Position numbers and translations under genes: made by a program | Notes under the pieces: generated by a model | Told to the model about the DNA's origin: nothing | What the model saw: only the letters and a program-made list of their open reading frames with translations | Databases searched by the model: none | DNA from: Spizellomyces punctatus DAOM BR117 | Taxonomy: Eukaryota | Strand: one strand, 5' to 3' | Assembly: GCA_000182565.2 (NCBI GenBank) | Contig: KQ257457.1 | DNA: 64,000 nt | Part shown: positions 22,701 to 37,877 of the stretch, in pieces | How positions within the stretch are numbered: position 1 is the first letter of the stretch | Layout: every line of letters begins with the position of its first letter

Positions 22701-24034
22701 TCCAAGTATACTTTGGAGATTCATTGTTGGCAGACTGTCCTAGATGATTGTTGCGTGTTGTTGGACACACTCCGCATTCGGGTGGGTCCGTGTCCCATTT
22801 TCCGACATATTGCCAGACGTTCCCGTTTGTTTCGCATTCGACTTTGTTGTTATACTGGGAAACATATTGAATAAGCAAAGGTAACATAATCGCGGACACA
22901 CCACGTTTGTGAGTTTAGTTTGAACCCTTTACCTGTGGATCCGTGCAGTTTCCTTTGTCAATAGCGTTTTGGCTTTCCTGACGGTAGTAGCCGCAGCGGG
23001 TTGGCTCATCAGTGCAAACATAAACATCCCTCCAAGGGGAAGGGTGCCAATACGGATAGTAGTCTCTAAACAAAAGAAAATAGTGATAAATACTTGGCTC
23101 TACTGCACATGGTGGTTACGTATGGATCTGTTACCTCTCCTCAGGACACTCGAACCCAAACCGCTGCCCATTATTATTCTGTCTGGTATAAATGGCCGTA
23201 TCGCCATTCAGGTTACGATCAGCAATGAAGAGCTTCTTGTTGCGCTTGCGGGTTTTGCAGTTCTGGTAATACGAGTATGTCTCGTGCTGGCCGTATCGCA
23301 TGAATTGAGGGTCATTTGGGTTCTCGACGATGGTGTTTGTCGTGAGCCCGTCACGAAGGCCCGGGGCAGAGTCTTCGCACATGTACTAAGAGGCCAAAGG
23401 TGAGACCATTATTTGTATTAGAGACTTGGAAAATGGAATTGTTGGGAGGATTCATGGAAGTTTTTACCTGCAAGACGAGGTTGCAGTGCAACCGAGGGTT
23501 CGCACCACATCCATGCTGATTTGTCCTAATATACAGACATGCAAAATGTAAGTATAGCCCCTCATCACCACTCAAGAACCTGTAACATGCATCTTCTAGT
23601 ATCTCATACCATTCAACTTGGAGCTCACTCCCCTCATAAAATTGCATCACGCCTTGTAGGGCTCCTGCGGCGTTCGCATCATAGTTTTGGTTGTTATCCT
23701 GACATGGGGTTGTGCAGTCGTCTCCTGCTTGGTATCCGCCGTTACCATTGTTCTGTGAGTCAAACAGGCTGAAATACGGTAAGATCATTTGGTAAAAGAC
23801 CATCAAAACATTTGTCACAGTACCGGTTGGCATTGTTGCGATTATTACTCTGCTCATTCAACTTATTGTTGGAGCCTCGTGGATTGTCTAACAGTCCGAA
23901 TCGTCAGGGAGCCGAATTAAATAGGATCATGGCATTTATGCAGTGCATAACTTACGCATGTAGATATCTCCTAAAGCACCACTCGCCAGAGAGGCGATGG
24001 TGCATGCGGATAGAAGCCAGGTCGACAGAACCAT
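19734..24034 (-). CDS. DD3-3-like ectodomain + TM + NADPH oxidase (NOX) core fusion protein
   Basis: Signal peptide MVLSTWLLSACTIASLASGALG. DD3-3 motifs DIYMHNPRGSNNKLNE, LFDSQNN, WTNQHGCG, GFECPEERDYYPYWHPSPW, CVLRLRYNIST, LNVRGRRGNIV and STRNSAFSNREQK. After a TM helix come the NOX heme pairs HKLV..ILH and HKLW..WLH, then HPFTITSAP, DGPYG, GAGIGVTPF, CGP and the terminal FHKENF. Confidence 0.9.
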
Positions 24035-26949
24035 GGTGGTCTTTCTGCAACTTGAAATGATATATGGGGGTATCTAGGAAAATCCATATTATACGATTAA
24101 TTGCAAATCCTAAAGCGCCGACGACACAACCACTGTGATGCGTTGAACATTGGACTCCCCCCATCTAGGACTTGATCTTACCGAAACAGTCGGTATGTAT
24201 GAGGCACAAGCAAGATCTTGGAGGGTATGAGATGCAATGCTGTCCTAGCGTGATGAGTCGAGTCTATAAAGTCAAAAAAAACCAGGAAAAAGTCCCACCA
24301 AGACCTCCCTTAAATTCCGGCATGTCTTTCCTCATCACAAGATTGTGCAAAACAAACACTGTTTAGGGTCGGAACATTTCGAATATGAAGGAAAAAGCAC
24401 AAACAAATGTTTTCATGCTATTAACCTTTGCCCTCAGATTTAGAACACTGCGCCGCGAAAAGGGTATTTAGGGTTTGCATGGTCTAGAACATGTTCTCAT
24501 GATTGTTTAGGTTGATAAAGGAAATAGCTAAAGCAGCAAGGCTGAGGACGTTTTTTTTTTGCATGTGCAGGTTAACATACAGGGAGACAGAAACTCTGCA
24601 AATATGAGGTTGGGGTGAATGCAACTGGTCAAGTTGAATGCGACTTGTCAATTGTCATTTTGTACAAGTGAGATACTTCGAGAAAGAAACTGTGAACTTT
24701 TTCCAATGATGGAAATAGTTTGCGGGAGATGTCAACTGTTAAAAGCCTTCCGACTATGATGATACCAACAAGAAACGGAAAAGGATGCTACCATGGAACT
24801 TTCGTCCCACTAGCATGCGGGAATACCACTAGCACCTTTCGGAGATTTGTTTCTGGAGGGTTTCTGGCGATAATTACCAATGTTGGATTTAAAGGTGTCT
24901 GAGAAACTCTATCGGACGCTTACCAATGGGTCATGCAATAATATCGGCGAATATACATTGTTGCGCCAAAGATTCTGGCTGTGATTCACAATGTGCTTTT
25001 AGCGATTTTGGGGGTGAAATGTGGGCAGCATCCCATGCGATTTCAGCGCTGGTAGGCGCTCCTGGTTGCTGCAAAGTTTGGTTTCATAAAACCGTCAGTG
25101 TCGTCTTGGCACTCCGAGATCGAGTAGACAAAGTGTGACCTTTACATTCATGCCTGTACATTGTCTAATCAACGGTCTTTGTTGACTTTCTTCCAATCGG
25201 ATATGCAACACATTACTCCCGTAAAACCCTTTAACAGTTATTACGTTCATCGGAGGAAAGCATTTGATACATTAGTCTTCATGCTATGCAACAGTTATGC
25301 GTCGCTCAGTCATCTCAGTCCGAAAATCCCAGGCGCATTACAGCACTTCAGTGGACTGAATCCATTCGAAAACGCAGACTAGGTTGGATTGCGGCATCTG
25401 ACTTTTCCTTTGATTTCTAATATGGCAAGAGGTGGGAGAGAAGATGGGACATGGCTTTCAAAGACGGCAGTGGTGGCCGACTATTCCTTTTTACAAACCC
25501 TGACCCATTACTATGGACTCAAATCCCCTTCTTATCACTACATCAAAACGGAAAGGAATACGAGGGATGAGAAACAGCTATCCGACCGAACCTTGGTCGA
25601 CAGTGGCGGCTCATTCCTGAGCCTAGACCTTGACAAACCATCAGCATTCGCAGTTTCTCTGTCATCTTATGGCTGCGAAGAGTGCATACGATGTGTAATA
25701 TCATTCTAATCTGACTCGCCAAATAAACGTTCTCTTCCTGTAACTGCATACCGCAAAAGGCGTCTATTGCGATGTTGCTTTAACCCTCCTCAGAGCATTT
25801 AGATACCCTAAAACTGAGGGGCTTACGTCGCCGACCATAAGCTTACGACCACCTCTATAAATTTCCACTTTAGTCTCCCGTTTCTGATTCCACTGAGCGT
25901 AGGGGACTCTGGGCTACACATGGATGAATGTGGAGCTTCCCTGCCGCAGACTCGCAGTCGACCATGGTTTCCTGTTTGAGTGATGGTCTCCAATAGCGTT
26001 GGATGCATTCTGCTTTACACAGTGTACCATATAAAAATAAGGAATTATAATGACGTTGATTGACGGCCGACTGGTTGCAGGTGAGTTAACTCTCCAAAAC
26101 GTCCCTAATACCCTGGGTTTCGAATACCGACAAGGGTATGCAAATAAGGAACACTTGTGTATACAAGCACTTGTAGATTACGTCGCCGACAGCAACCAAG
26201 TCTTTCCGACGGCCCTCCTGTGGAGGAAAATGGCATGTGGTCTTTCATGGGGTCAACCAAAAGTTGTTCATATCCCTTGCCATGTTCCAAACTGCTCATA
26301 CTACAAGTATTGTGACCTTGTTCCGCAATATGGTATTGTATGTCCAATCGATGGAAAAAGCAAAAAAAATACAAAAAGGCATTTTGTCAGCTCAAAAACC
26401 AACCCAAAGCCCCAAAGTGATCCATTGCTTAATAAAATTGATTTTAAGCCCCAAAGGCCGAGTGTGACATATCTCACTGCCGAAATTCTTTCTTGCATCT
26501 CTGCGGACATTCTTCGGGGTTTTTTGACGTTTACCTTGTTTGGGACGGCTCTCCTCTGTTAATTGTCGAGCCCTCTGCAATACGCCATTAATACGTTTTG
26601 TGCACACATTGTGCTCTGCCATGCTGTGCTGGTGACAGCGTTGCAGATACATAGCACGTCGATACGACAAGATTGAGACGTGAAATTCATAGCCTTTCTA
26701 TACCAAGCTGGGTACTTTTTGCGAAAAGGCTAGTTTGCTGCAGTCGTGTGTGACTGTCAAAGTGCGTCTTTTTGGCGGCAAGTGTCAGTGAAGAAGGCGC
26801 GAGACTCGCCTGAGACCACTGTAAACGAAGGAATCAACCCCCGTATATCCATTGCCCGCATCCTGTGGAATGAGTAGTCGGTCTGCTTCCCGACAACTTG
26901 ATCCCCCATACCCAGCAAAGTACATATCCCGCGTAATACCATCCCTATC

Positions 26950-29029
26950 ATGGACGACCCCGATAGCCCCAAACGATGCGCACTATCTCAAACACCATCG
27001 GCAAGCTCTTCATCCCTTCCTTCCTCCTCGTCCTCAGATACCCTCTCCTCGATCTCCACAACAACGACAACTTCATGTGATTCCTGTTGCACCAGTCGAT
27101 CCAGCAGTCGATCCAGTTCACCTTCCATCTGCTCAATGTCCACTCGGTCCCTATCTTCCCAGTCATCCCTGAGCGCGACTGGGCGATCGACCCCTTTGTC
27201 GCCCCTCTCGGTCCCAGGGACATCATTTTCAGCCGAACGGAGACGGGCGGCGAGAGAAAGATTGAGAGAGGCTTTGGCATCGGTTCGGAGACCGGCTCAG
27301 AAGGAAGGGGAAGCTGGAACGGACATGAGTAGAGAGACCGGGGAGGATGAGGATGTTGAAGACGAGACTTTGAGGAAGCGGACGAGTCAATTAGGGAGGT
27401 TGAGTATGATTGCTGCTGCTTCAGGTATGTACACGCAATTTTTCCATTTTAACTTTCCAATGCTAAAACGGCTGTTATTCAGGATGGGACATCAAGCTTC
27501 GAGAGCTGGTCATGAAAGAGGCCAATTCAAGCAACTCGGAAGAAGCGAGCGAGATCAAATCCCCATTGCGGCATCAAGCCGAAAAACGGCGATCTCATTC
27601 CACGTCGATAGGAACACATAGACGGCAAAATCTGGAGCAAGAGGGCGATGAAAGACCGGCCGCGCGTAGATCAATGAGCTTCTCGCGGTCGTCGATGCTG
27701 TTCTCTCCTCAATGCGCTTATGCTGAACCTGATATGGAAGATGTTGTCAACGATGACATAAATTCAAGTCAGGACACCATTGCTGCAGAGCCAGATCACG
27801 ATGAATCTAAGGCGATAGAGGACGGGGAAAACAATGGGTCGATTTACAACTATGTTCTGGACAATTCCCATAAACTATATCGCCGCGCCTCAGAATACAG
27901 CACGATCGTCACCGCCTACGACGAACGACTCCGCGAAATCGTCATGGAAGCCGCCAAACCATCTCTCGGCGACAGAACCCGTCGTCGCAAATCCATTCGC
28001 AGTGGTGGCAATCCCCATCTCGAGCACGTCGATGATTGGCGAGATTGGAAAGGAAATGATGGTTCTGTTTTCCCCGATCAGTCCTGTGCGTTGTCAGCAC
28101 GGGAGACAGTGGGAAAGCAGCTTTCCCGGTGGCCAAATGCGATGGATTTGCGGAGAAACTCGTCACCTCTTGCTGGAAGAGAGAGACGGCGGACAGTGTC
28201 CATGGGAGTTGGGGTTGGCTCGAGGTGGAGCATGCCTTTGGCAGATCCGGGAAAAGATAAAATGCGTACGGCGCCTTCTACACCCGTTCTGAAAGCTCCG
28301 CCGGGCCGCCGGCGGGCATTTGCCGGACGAGCTGTCTCAGTGTCGTTTGCTGAGTCGCGTATCACAGATCAAGATGCAAAACCTTGGACTGCAAAACCTT
28401 GGACTGCAAAGGCGGTGGATTCTGATGACGGAATAGATGATCGGGGTAAACAAACTTCGTCGGAAACCTTGATTGGAGATGACGTATCCCAAGTTTTGGA
28501 AACCATCCCTGCGTCACCGGTAGACTCTTCGTCTCCGTCTCTGCAGTATACAAAGACGGATACATACAGTGAGGATACACCTGATACCACTACATTGTTG
28601 CTAGATAGCGATAGGAGCATGTCGCTCTGTGCTGAACCAGCCACGTATTCATCTATGGATGATATCAACGTTGATAGATCGACTGTGGATGCACTCCCTC
28701 TTCATGAGGATCCGGCGTCCAAGCTTCCTCCTGAACGTAACGATACCCTAGTTGACATGCAACCCGACTCCATCACCAGCACCGATCCCCTCCACGATAC
28801 CGCTCTCACCACTGCGATCCAATCTCTGTCCCTCACTCAAGAACCCAACAGCACGGAAACTAAACTCCGGGATCGCGACAGGGACTCCGCCGTCGATTTC
28901 GGCAAAGATGCTCTCGTTATTTTACCCAAAGAGGCTGATGCTGGTCATCAGCCGAGTCTCGAGGACCAGCCGGAGGAGAATGGTGAATGGGTGGATTTGT
29001 CGGATCAGTTGTACATTCATTTTTTGTGA
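26950..29029 (+). CDS. Hypothetical Ser-rich disordered protein (2 exons)
   Basis: ORFs at 26950 and 27512 join in frame through intron 27425-27482 (CAG|gtatgt..cag|GATGG). A short motif is repeated (WDIKLRELVMKEA / YDERLREIVMEAA). Confidence 0.75.
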
Positions 29030-30446
29030 GTTCTTTTACTATTTTCTGGGCAGGAAGGAGTAATGGAGCAGTGCTGGTTTGTTTGTTTTGGCATCAAGTA
29101 TGCGGTATATTATTTTATTTTTTCGTTAGTTGCTGCACTTTTTTCATTTTTACATCATATCGTATAATCGTAGTTTAATATGCATTCCTCTTTTTCAAAG
29201 CATTTTCCTCTTAAAGTTGAACGTGGCTCCTGGTTTGGGTTAGGAGGGTTTGTTCGCACCAAGCGCTCTTTTCGAGTCGCTGTCAACTCGGTGGGGTTAG
29301 TTGACAAAGATGAATGTGGGCACATACAATAACAACATGAAAGGTGGAGACACTGTATGTTGCGGACGGTCTGTCGCAGGAAGCGGTTTGTTTCTTGCTT
29401 AAACCAAAAGATTTAAGATCGACTTCGATTTTGCAGTCCACCGATTGGTCTACTTGTGTGCAGTAAAATATTTTGGGGGGTTGCTATTGTTAATGCCCTG
29501 CAAGATGTAAGACGGCCGTAAACCGCACTATTTTGATGATTGGTAGACTGATGGAGCCATTTCCACGTCAACACAACTCCATGTTAAAGTTCCTGATCTT
29601 GTGTCTTTTGGGGGATCCAAGATCAACAATGTTTACAATTGTTTACTCTCTGTTGGTACCATTGACTGGTCCATCATACCATGCAAAAAAGTAAAAAACT
29701 CTAGTCTTTGCAGAGGCAAGAGCCGATATGCAGGGCATTGCGGTGTGCTTGGAAAGTTGGGCAGATACCTACTACTGATCTCTTCCATCGTTCAAACCGC
29801 AAGCAAAAAGCAAATCTCATACCTCATCCTACCTTGTGACTGGTGCAACGGAGGAAAGCAAAGTAATAAACTTTGCCTAAAGCCGTGCTGACGTGATCTC
29901 CGCCGTAATCACGGAGCACACTAAAAAAGCACACTAAAACAAAATAAAACTCCTCGAAACTAATAATAACACTTGCCAGCACACTTCCACAAATAATGTC
30001 GGCTTTCCTTTGGAAGACAATGTGATGATCTACGGGAGAGATATTTTTCACCATGCCAGTGCGACACGGCCATGTCGTAAAGATCGTTTGGCACTTTGAG
30101 ATTCTCCACGGCGGGTAAAGGGTGTCATGGATCCTGTTGTCTTTCCAAAACATGTGGTCTGAATGTTGTCAGTTCAAAACAAAGTCAAAGTTATTTTTGA
30201 TCAGTTCCAAAACAAAAGCAAGGTTGTTTTTCATTTGAATAAGGCACATCCGCGGCGTGGAACGGTCTTGTCCTATCTTTAGAGTAAACTCATTGCATAT
30301 ATCCAGGGACAGTCTCCCAGGCTTATAAAAGCATCTGGGTCTCACCAGATTTCCTCGTTATTCCGTCAAGCTTCCAACGTCTTTGCATATCTCATACATC
30401 TAATACCCATCCACACGCACACAACCACCACCCACTTCCAACCATC

Positions 30447-31401
30447 ATGCGTATTCCCGTTGTATTGCTCGCCCTTGCGGCACTTACGACTGCACACCCC
30501 ATCAGTACCCGTCAGAAAAAGTTCTCCATCCTCGCCTTGGGAGATAGTTTAACTGACAACGGCAACACCTTCAAACTCACCGGGGGTACCTGGCCCGCTC
30601 CCGCATTTTACTTTAATGGCCGGTACAGCAACGGTCCAACATGGGTAGAATACCTTACAGCCGACCTCGGTATAAGTCAGGTCAACAGGGCTTTTGGAGG
30701 AGCCACATCGGATTCGACCAAGATTGCCGGTGAAGCGCCATTCGGAAACGTTATTCCCCAAATGCCAGGATTGGTCCAGCAGGCTCAACAGTTCTTGACA
30801 AATCGCGCAGGAGCTAACCCAGCTACGACTTTGGTCTCTGTTTGGATTGGTGCAAATGGTAAATATCAATAGTTCCCATTGTATATTTATCTGATATTTG
30901 GATCCTCATCCTCAATATTCTTGTTCATTAGATTACTTCCATGCCGCCGAACACGGCCGTGCTGACATCACCCCTCAAGTGGTCGTCCAAGACACCATCA
31001 ACGGAATGCAAACCCTCCTCAGCGCCGGTTACAAGAACTTTATGGTCTTCAACCTCCCCCCTGGAAGCCCAGACCTTCCCGTAGTGGCCCACAACACTGA
31101 ACTCGCATCCAAATTAACGGCATTCGCAGCTGCGAACCCAAATGCCAACATTGTCCCCATTGACATGCCTACCGTATTTAATGGTGTGATGGCAAACTTG
31201 GCTGCTACCGGACAGTTGCCCGCCAATCTCGATGTAACAAAGGGCTGTGTCGATTTGAGAGCCAGCCCTCCCACAATTTGCTCGAATCCCAACGACTTTA
31301 TTACTTGGGATGGGATCCACCCAACCACAGCAATCCACAAGCAGTTGTCGAATGCCGTCAAAGACATCATGATGGCAAAGATTGCCGATATTGGTCGTTA
31401 A
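30447..31401 (+). CDS. Secreted SGNH/GDSL lipase-esterase (CE16-like)
   Basis: Signal peptide, then GDSLTDNGN, GRYSNGPTW, AFGGAT, WIGAN|DY and WDGIHPT. Intron at 30859-30931. TATAAAA lies at ~30324. Confidence 0.93.
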
Positions 31402-32055
31402 GGGATCCTGCTGGCGGGGGACTTTTGATAGTTAGAGACATAGAAAAAAATTTAGATATTGACTTTTTTAAATGTCGTTTAGATGAATTTGTGTTTAGCA
31501 TTATTTTGATGTGTAAAACGGAATATCATTTACTTGCTTCTTTCTATAAGGATTTCGATTGAACTCTGGTGGAATCAAAATCACTGGATACCGACTCTGT
31601 ATTTGATGAGCAAACTGATAAAGCTCCAGTGATTATAAGGTTCTGATTGAAAAACAGGGAGTTGCTCTCCGATATTCCCTGTAAGAACGGTTGGCAGTTC
31701 TACGAATGCTCTCATCAATGAATGAGCATGGACCAGTGTTGGCAAAGGCGCTTCACATGGGCCTCGATTGGTTGTTGAGCATTGGCTACTCCAAAACGAT
31801 TTCTCAATTGGTATGCCAATGGTGATCTAGCAGCTATAATTCGCCTCATACCAAAACACTTATTCCCTTCAAAATGCATACATCTATTGGTAAATCATTG
31901 AACGTGTCCATGATTCCGGGGGGTAGGCATTTGGAATTAAAAGCAGAGAAGAATGTAACTGGTATCACGTCCTCTTATTCAAGAACAAATTTTATACAGA
32001 GAAAGGAGGTCCTCTAACCCTTGCTGCAATCAAGAGAGGAGGTACTATGATTGAT

Positions 32056-33569
<1,514 letters not shown>

Positions 33570-34056
33570 TCAAAAAAAAAAAAAGAGAGAGGAGTGGAGG
33601 GTTTGATTGCAAGCAAGAGAGTCGAGTGCCAAACAAAAAAAGGTTATTCGGTCTTCAGGCGATGAAGAAGACCTGTGTAAACGATTTGGTTGGCAAACAA
33701 AAGGTGAGATGGAATCACGTCCGGGGGGGCGAGCGGACGTCCTTTTTATAAGTCTCCAAATTGAATGGCACAAAGGGGGCGTTCACACTAGCCATGCAGT
33801 TGCCTTATATGGATATTCATTAGCTTTATTAGGAAAGTACAAATTATGTCCGAACAGGGCCAGACGGACAAACACGTATGATATGTGGNNNNNNNNNNNN
33901 NNNNNNNNNNNNNNNNNNNNNNNNNNNNNNNNNNNNNNNNNNNNNNNNNNNNNNNNNNNNNNNNNNNNNNNNNNNNNNNNNNNNNNNNNNNNNNNNNNNN
34001 NNNNNNNNNNNNNNNNNNNNNNNNNNNNNNNNNNNNNNNNNNNNNNNNNNNNNNNN

Positions 34057-37000
34057 GCAATATAGTCCTTGTTAACCAATCTTTTAACCGAGGTAGTTGC
34101 CCGTCGATCATACGCAAAGCAAAGTGCTCTGACAAGTGAAGCACTGAACAGTGCTCCAAGTATGAGATGGGAACTGTTCGCCACCGAAACATGGCATCCA
34201 GCGCCGTCGGGTAAACGTTTGACGTGGGCTGATCCGAAAGTAGGAGAGCTCGATGGGAAGGATCTGTAAACTGCACATTGAGCATATAGTCCGTCAGAGC
34301 GCCATCGAGGTATAGGCCCTCTCCAGCACCCGGAATGGATTCACATCGTTCCTATGTCGAACGCGCAAGTTGAGTTAGCGGAGGGTTATCCACCTTGTTT
34401 TCCCCAGCATACCTGCACAAATGGTATACACGTAGTCCCATGCAAAACTTCATACACATTTTCCTTGACGAGCTTAACGAATCTCGTGTTATTTTCACCT
34501 CCAAAACCATTTGCCAGAAATTTGGGCACTTCATCTCCAGAATAAAATACAATCCTTTCGCACAGTCCCGTCAGCGCACGTTCATTGACCAAGTTGCCGA
34601 CTGCGTAGCATCCCAGTACAGCCCGCAGAGCCCAATCCGGGAGTTGCTGGTAGGAATCACGAATATTAGATACAATAATGGCCAATCGGAACTGCGGGTG
34701 GGTGAGAATGTCTGACATAAGGTCCGGTGGGGCGACTAGTCGGTAGAGCTGGTCCATCATTGGACGAAGAATTTGGGGCGTATCCTGCATTCAACAGTCA
34801 ACCACCAATACTATCTCGGCCACTAGGTCATATCAGAATTAACCCACCCCGGCATTGTACTGCATCCAGCAATAGTGCTTCATCAGCTCTTCCGTCAAAT
34901 TTCTCTCAGTAGAAACGAGGCTTCCGATTAAGGCCATAAACCTCATTGCTCCAGTGGACGATCCTACAAGCCATTTGGTACCGCTTAATTTGCTCTTGGC
35001 GTACAGATTCTTGATACGCGATTCAAAACCAGTCGTTGTCAACCCGGATGGTCCAGATGCGGGTGCTATGTAGATGCTGACCAGAGTTATGTTGAGCCAT
35101 GCCTCCAACTGATTCCCAATGACAACAGAGTGTATGAAACCTGAAATAATCCAGATCTGCGCTCTCCAAGCTCTGGCGCTCTGTTTGATGAATCCTCAAG
35201 CACTGGCTGGGGATAAACTTGAAAAAATGCGGTCCGCCATCGGTCAGCTGGCGATGCGTACTCAGACAACGACGCTGCGCGCAATTGGTTTGCACCCGAT
35301 ACCGCGCTTCTTTGTTGCCTTTGACAGTATGAGATCGGATGCGCTCTGTCTTGGGCATGGCGTATAACCTGAAAAGTAATCGGAACACCCGGGATACTCT
35401 TACGTATCCTATCACAAAGTTTAATGGAGGCCTTTCATGTCATACACTCTGGTTTGACACCAGATCAACTAGATGAACCTCACCTACCAAACTCGACCCT
35501 GTGGCCGTCAAAGATGCAAATGAAGGCATCCTTACGCAAGACTTAAGGGATGGATCGACACCTTCAGGTACGAAAGATCGACCCAATCCTCATCCCATTT
35601 TGCACAGTTTCAGATCCACATGAAGTGATTATGTCAGCATAGTGCTAGATTATCTAATGCATCATTCTAAAATCCGGCACATTCATTACTTCTTTGTCGG
35701 CTCAAGCAATCTGGCCCATACAACCTCCGGATCATCTGCAAATCTTGGCAATCCTTTACATATATCTGCAATCATCTGAATATGATCCTAGAACATGGGA
35801 TTATTTAGTACATTATAATGCAGTTGATCCAAATAATGATGTTTATTTATCTTACATATTGAGAAGGATCTTGTCCGAAGGCATTCTGACGTTGATGTAA
35901 AACCGCTATTTTTGAGCGAAAATACGTATTTTTTATCCGGGCCTGTGTTCGGCATCTGTTGAAAACTGAGATGTAGGTGCATTTTCAACAGTTATAGCAA
36001 CATAGGGTTCCATACAGTTCGCGTTCCCGTTCATGAGGTGTCAGCTCGTACGGTTGCAGTCGTGGCTACCCAAGAAAACGTTGAGCTCTAAGATTTTGAC
36101 AGATAAGCGGGTTCAAACTAACCTCCTTTAAGCCGTCTAATACATTCCTCCATTGGACACGATGAAGCCATCGTGCTGGAATGGCTGCTTTATGCCCATG
36201 ATCGATCATGATTGTCTCTGTATCTGGCGCTTCAGGCACACGTTCATTTTTGTGATGTGACACACGGGAGAGAAGGGTGTCCAGAGCGATATGCCGACCT
36301 ACATGAAATTGGTTTAGCGGGAGGGTCTCATGTTAATCGCCACGAGTAACCTTACCATGGCGGACTGGGTCATTCCCAGGTTCGCGCATATCAGGTTCCG
36401 GGCGCTTTTGGGAACAATTTCTCAATACTCGAGTACGGAGGGCGCTGTAGAGACGAGATTGAATGGATTGGTACCGAGCCTGACATGTGCAATTGAGCAG
36501 ATTAGAGCGATCTAGCATAACGGATACGATGAGAGAAGACATACAATCTCGTTCTCGGCTTCTTGTTCACTTCTGGTATTCAGTGACTCGGGCTCACAAG
36601 ACATCCAACTGCCTATATCTTCAAAATCACTTTCATACTGAACTTCTGGCTGTGGCATGGTCGACGTTGATCGGGGACTGTTTTCCGTGACAGACTCAAA
36701 GTCTTCAGTATACTCCAGATCCTCGCCATCTGTTCTACTTGGGACATCATTTGAAATGACAGGGATGGTCTGGTGCCGGGGAGTGGCAGACCCACTATTG
36801 ACTGATCCATATGTTTCACTACCAAGCTCATCGGAGGACAGAGTATCTGGGAGGCTGCAGCCCACGGCCTCCGCACTTTCACTACCCGACTTTAGAGAAG
36901 CGTTGATTTCTGATATCGATGATTGCGTGCTGAGCTGCTGATACGCATCCTCTGGTGGAGTTCGGTTCTCCTCATGAATCGATTCAAAATCTTCCAGATA

Positions 37001-37612
37001 ATCCTCTATCGACTCCATGTCCGTGTCGATATGCGACGAGGTGATTAACGGAAGGTGGGGGATGATAGATGTGGTAACTTCTGGTTCCAAAGCGCACGGC
37101 GCAGTTGGTGGACTACTTGAGGTGGACTTGTACGATTCACTGGCGGTGTGCAAAGCCACGGATGCCTCAGATACGCATTCCGGTTCACCTGAACCCTCTT
37201 CAACTATCTCGTCCAATGTCTCATGACTAACTGTATCTTGTGTCTCTACTTGCCCGAGGGGCACGGAATCTCTTTCGGATATGTTGTTAGCTTTCAACTC
37301 ATAGTTACTGTCGGGAGCCGCTTCGTTATCGGACATAGCCCGGTTTCCGTCCTTTTTCGTCCGTTCCACTTCAATACCCTGCCCATCGATTGTACCCGTT
37401 ACATCGACAATACCCCCGAGGGACTCGACAAAGGCATCTATGTCATCCACATCCTCAAAGTCATCTGCATAGGAATCTAATTCATAGTCATTATTCTCGG
37501 ATTCTACGGACAATTCTCTGGTAGAGTATGAAGAGGGGAATGACTCTGCAGTACGTATGGATTCCGCAGAGCATATGGACTCTGCAATGGATTCGGAACT
37601 AGAATTAAACAT
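34057..37612 (-). CDS. Patatin-like phospholipase domain with long acidic N-terminal extension (multi-exon; 3' end in gap)
   Basis: APASGPSGL (oxyanion region), LVGSSTGAMRF (GxSxG), TTCIPFVQ and LYLDGALTDY. The upstream acidic ORF 36512-37612 links to it through several plausible exons, but the exact junctions are uncertain. Confidence 0.7.
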
Positions 37613-37877
37613 ATCCGGACATTTTGACCTACAGCGCTTGGGAAGACGCGAACGTTCATTGAGATGCGCAGCACCGCGTTTTCCTCCATGAAATGATGTT
37701 CTTGTCCACAATAAATTTTGTCTATTTCATTGCCTCCAATGTCCTAACCGACCATGTACAATTCATCTACAATTATCGTTAAACAGTGTCAACCACTACG
37801 AGTGACACTCTCAACATGTCCTTAGCTCCAATCCACCAAACAAATATACAAGCAGACAGACATGACAAAAAAGCAGT

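Noticed and set aside
24100..26900. Short ORFs in the long intergenic region (e.g. 26050-26562, 25389-25709)
   Set aside because: No recognisable motifs, consistent splice pattern or coding-like composition.
30169..30234. Imperfect ~33 bp tandem duplication upstream of the GDSL gene
   Set aside because: Only two degenerate AT-rich copies, with no evidence of function.
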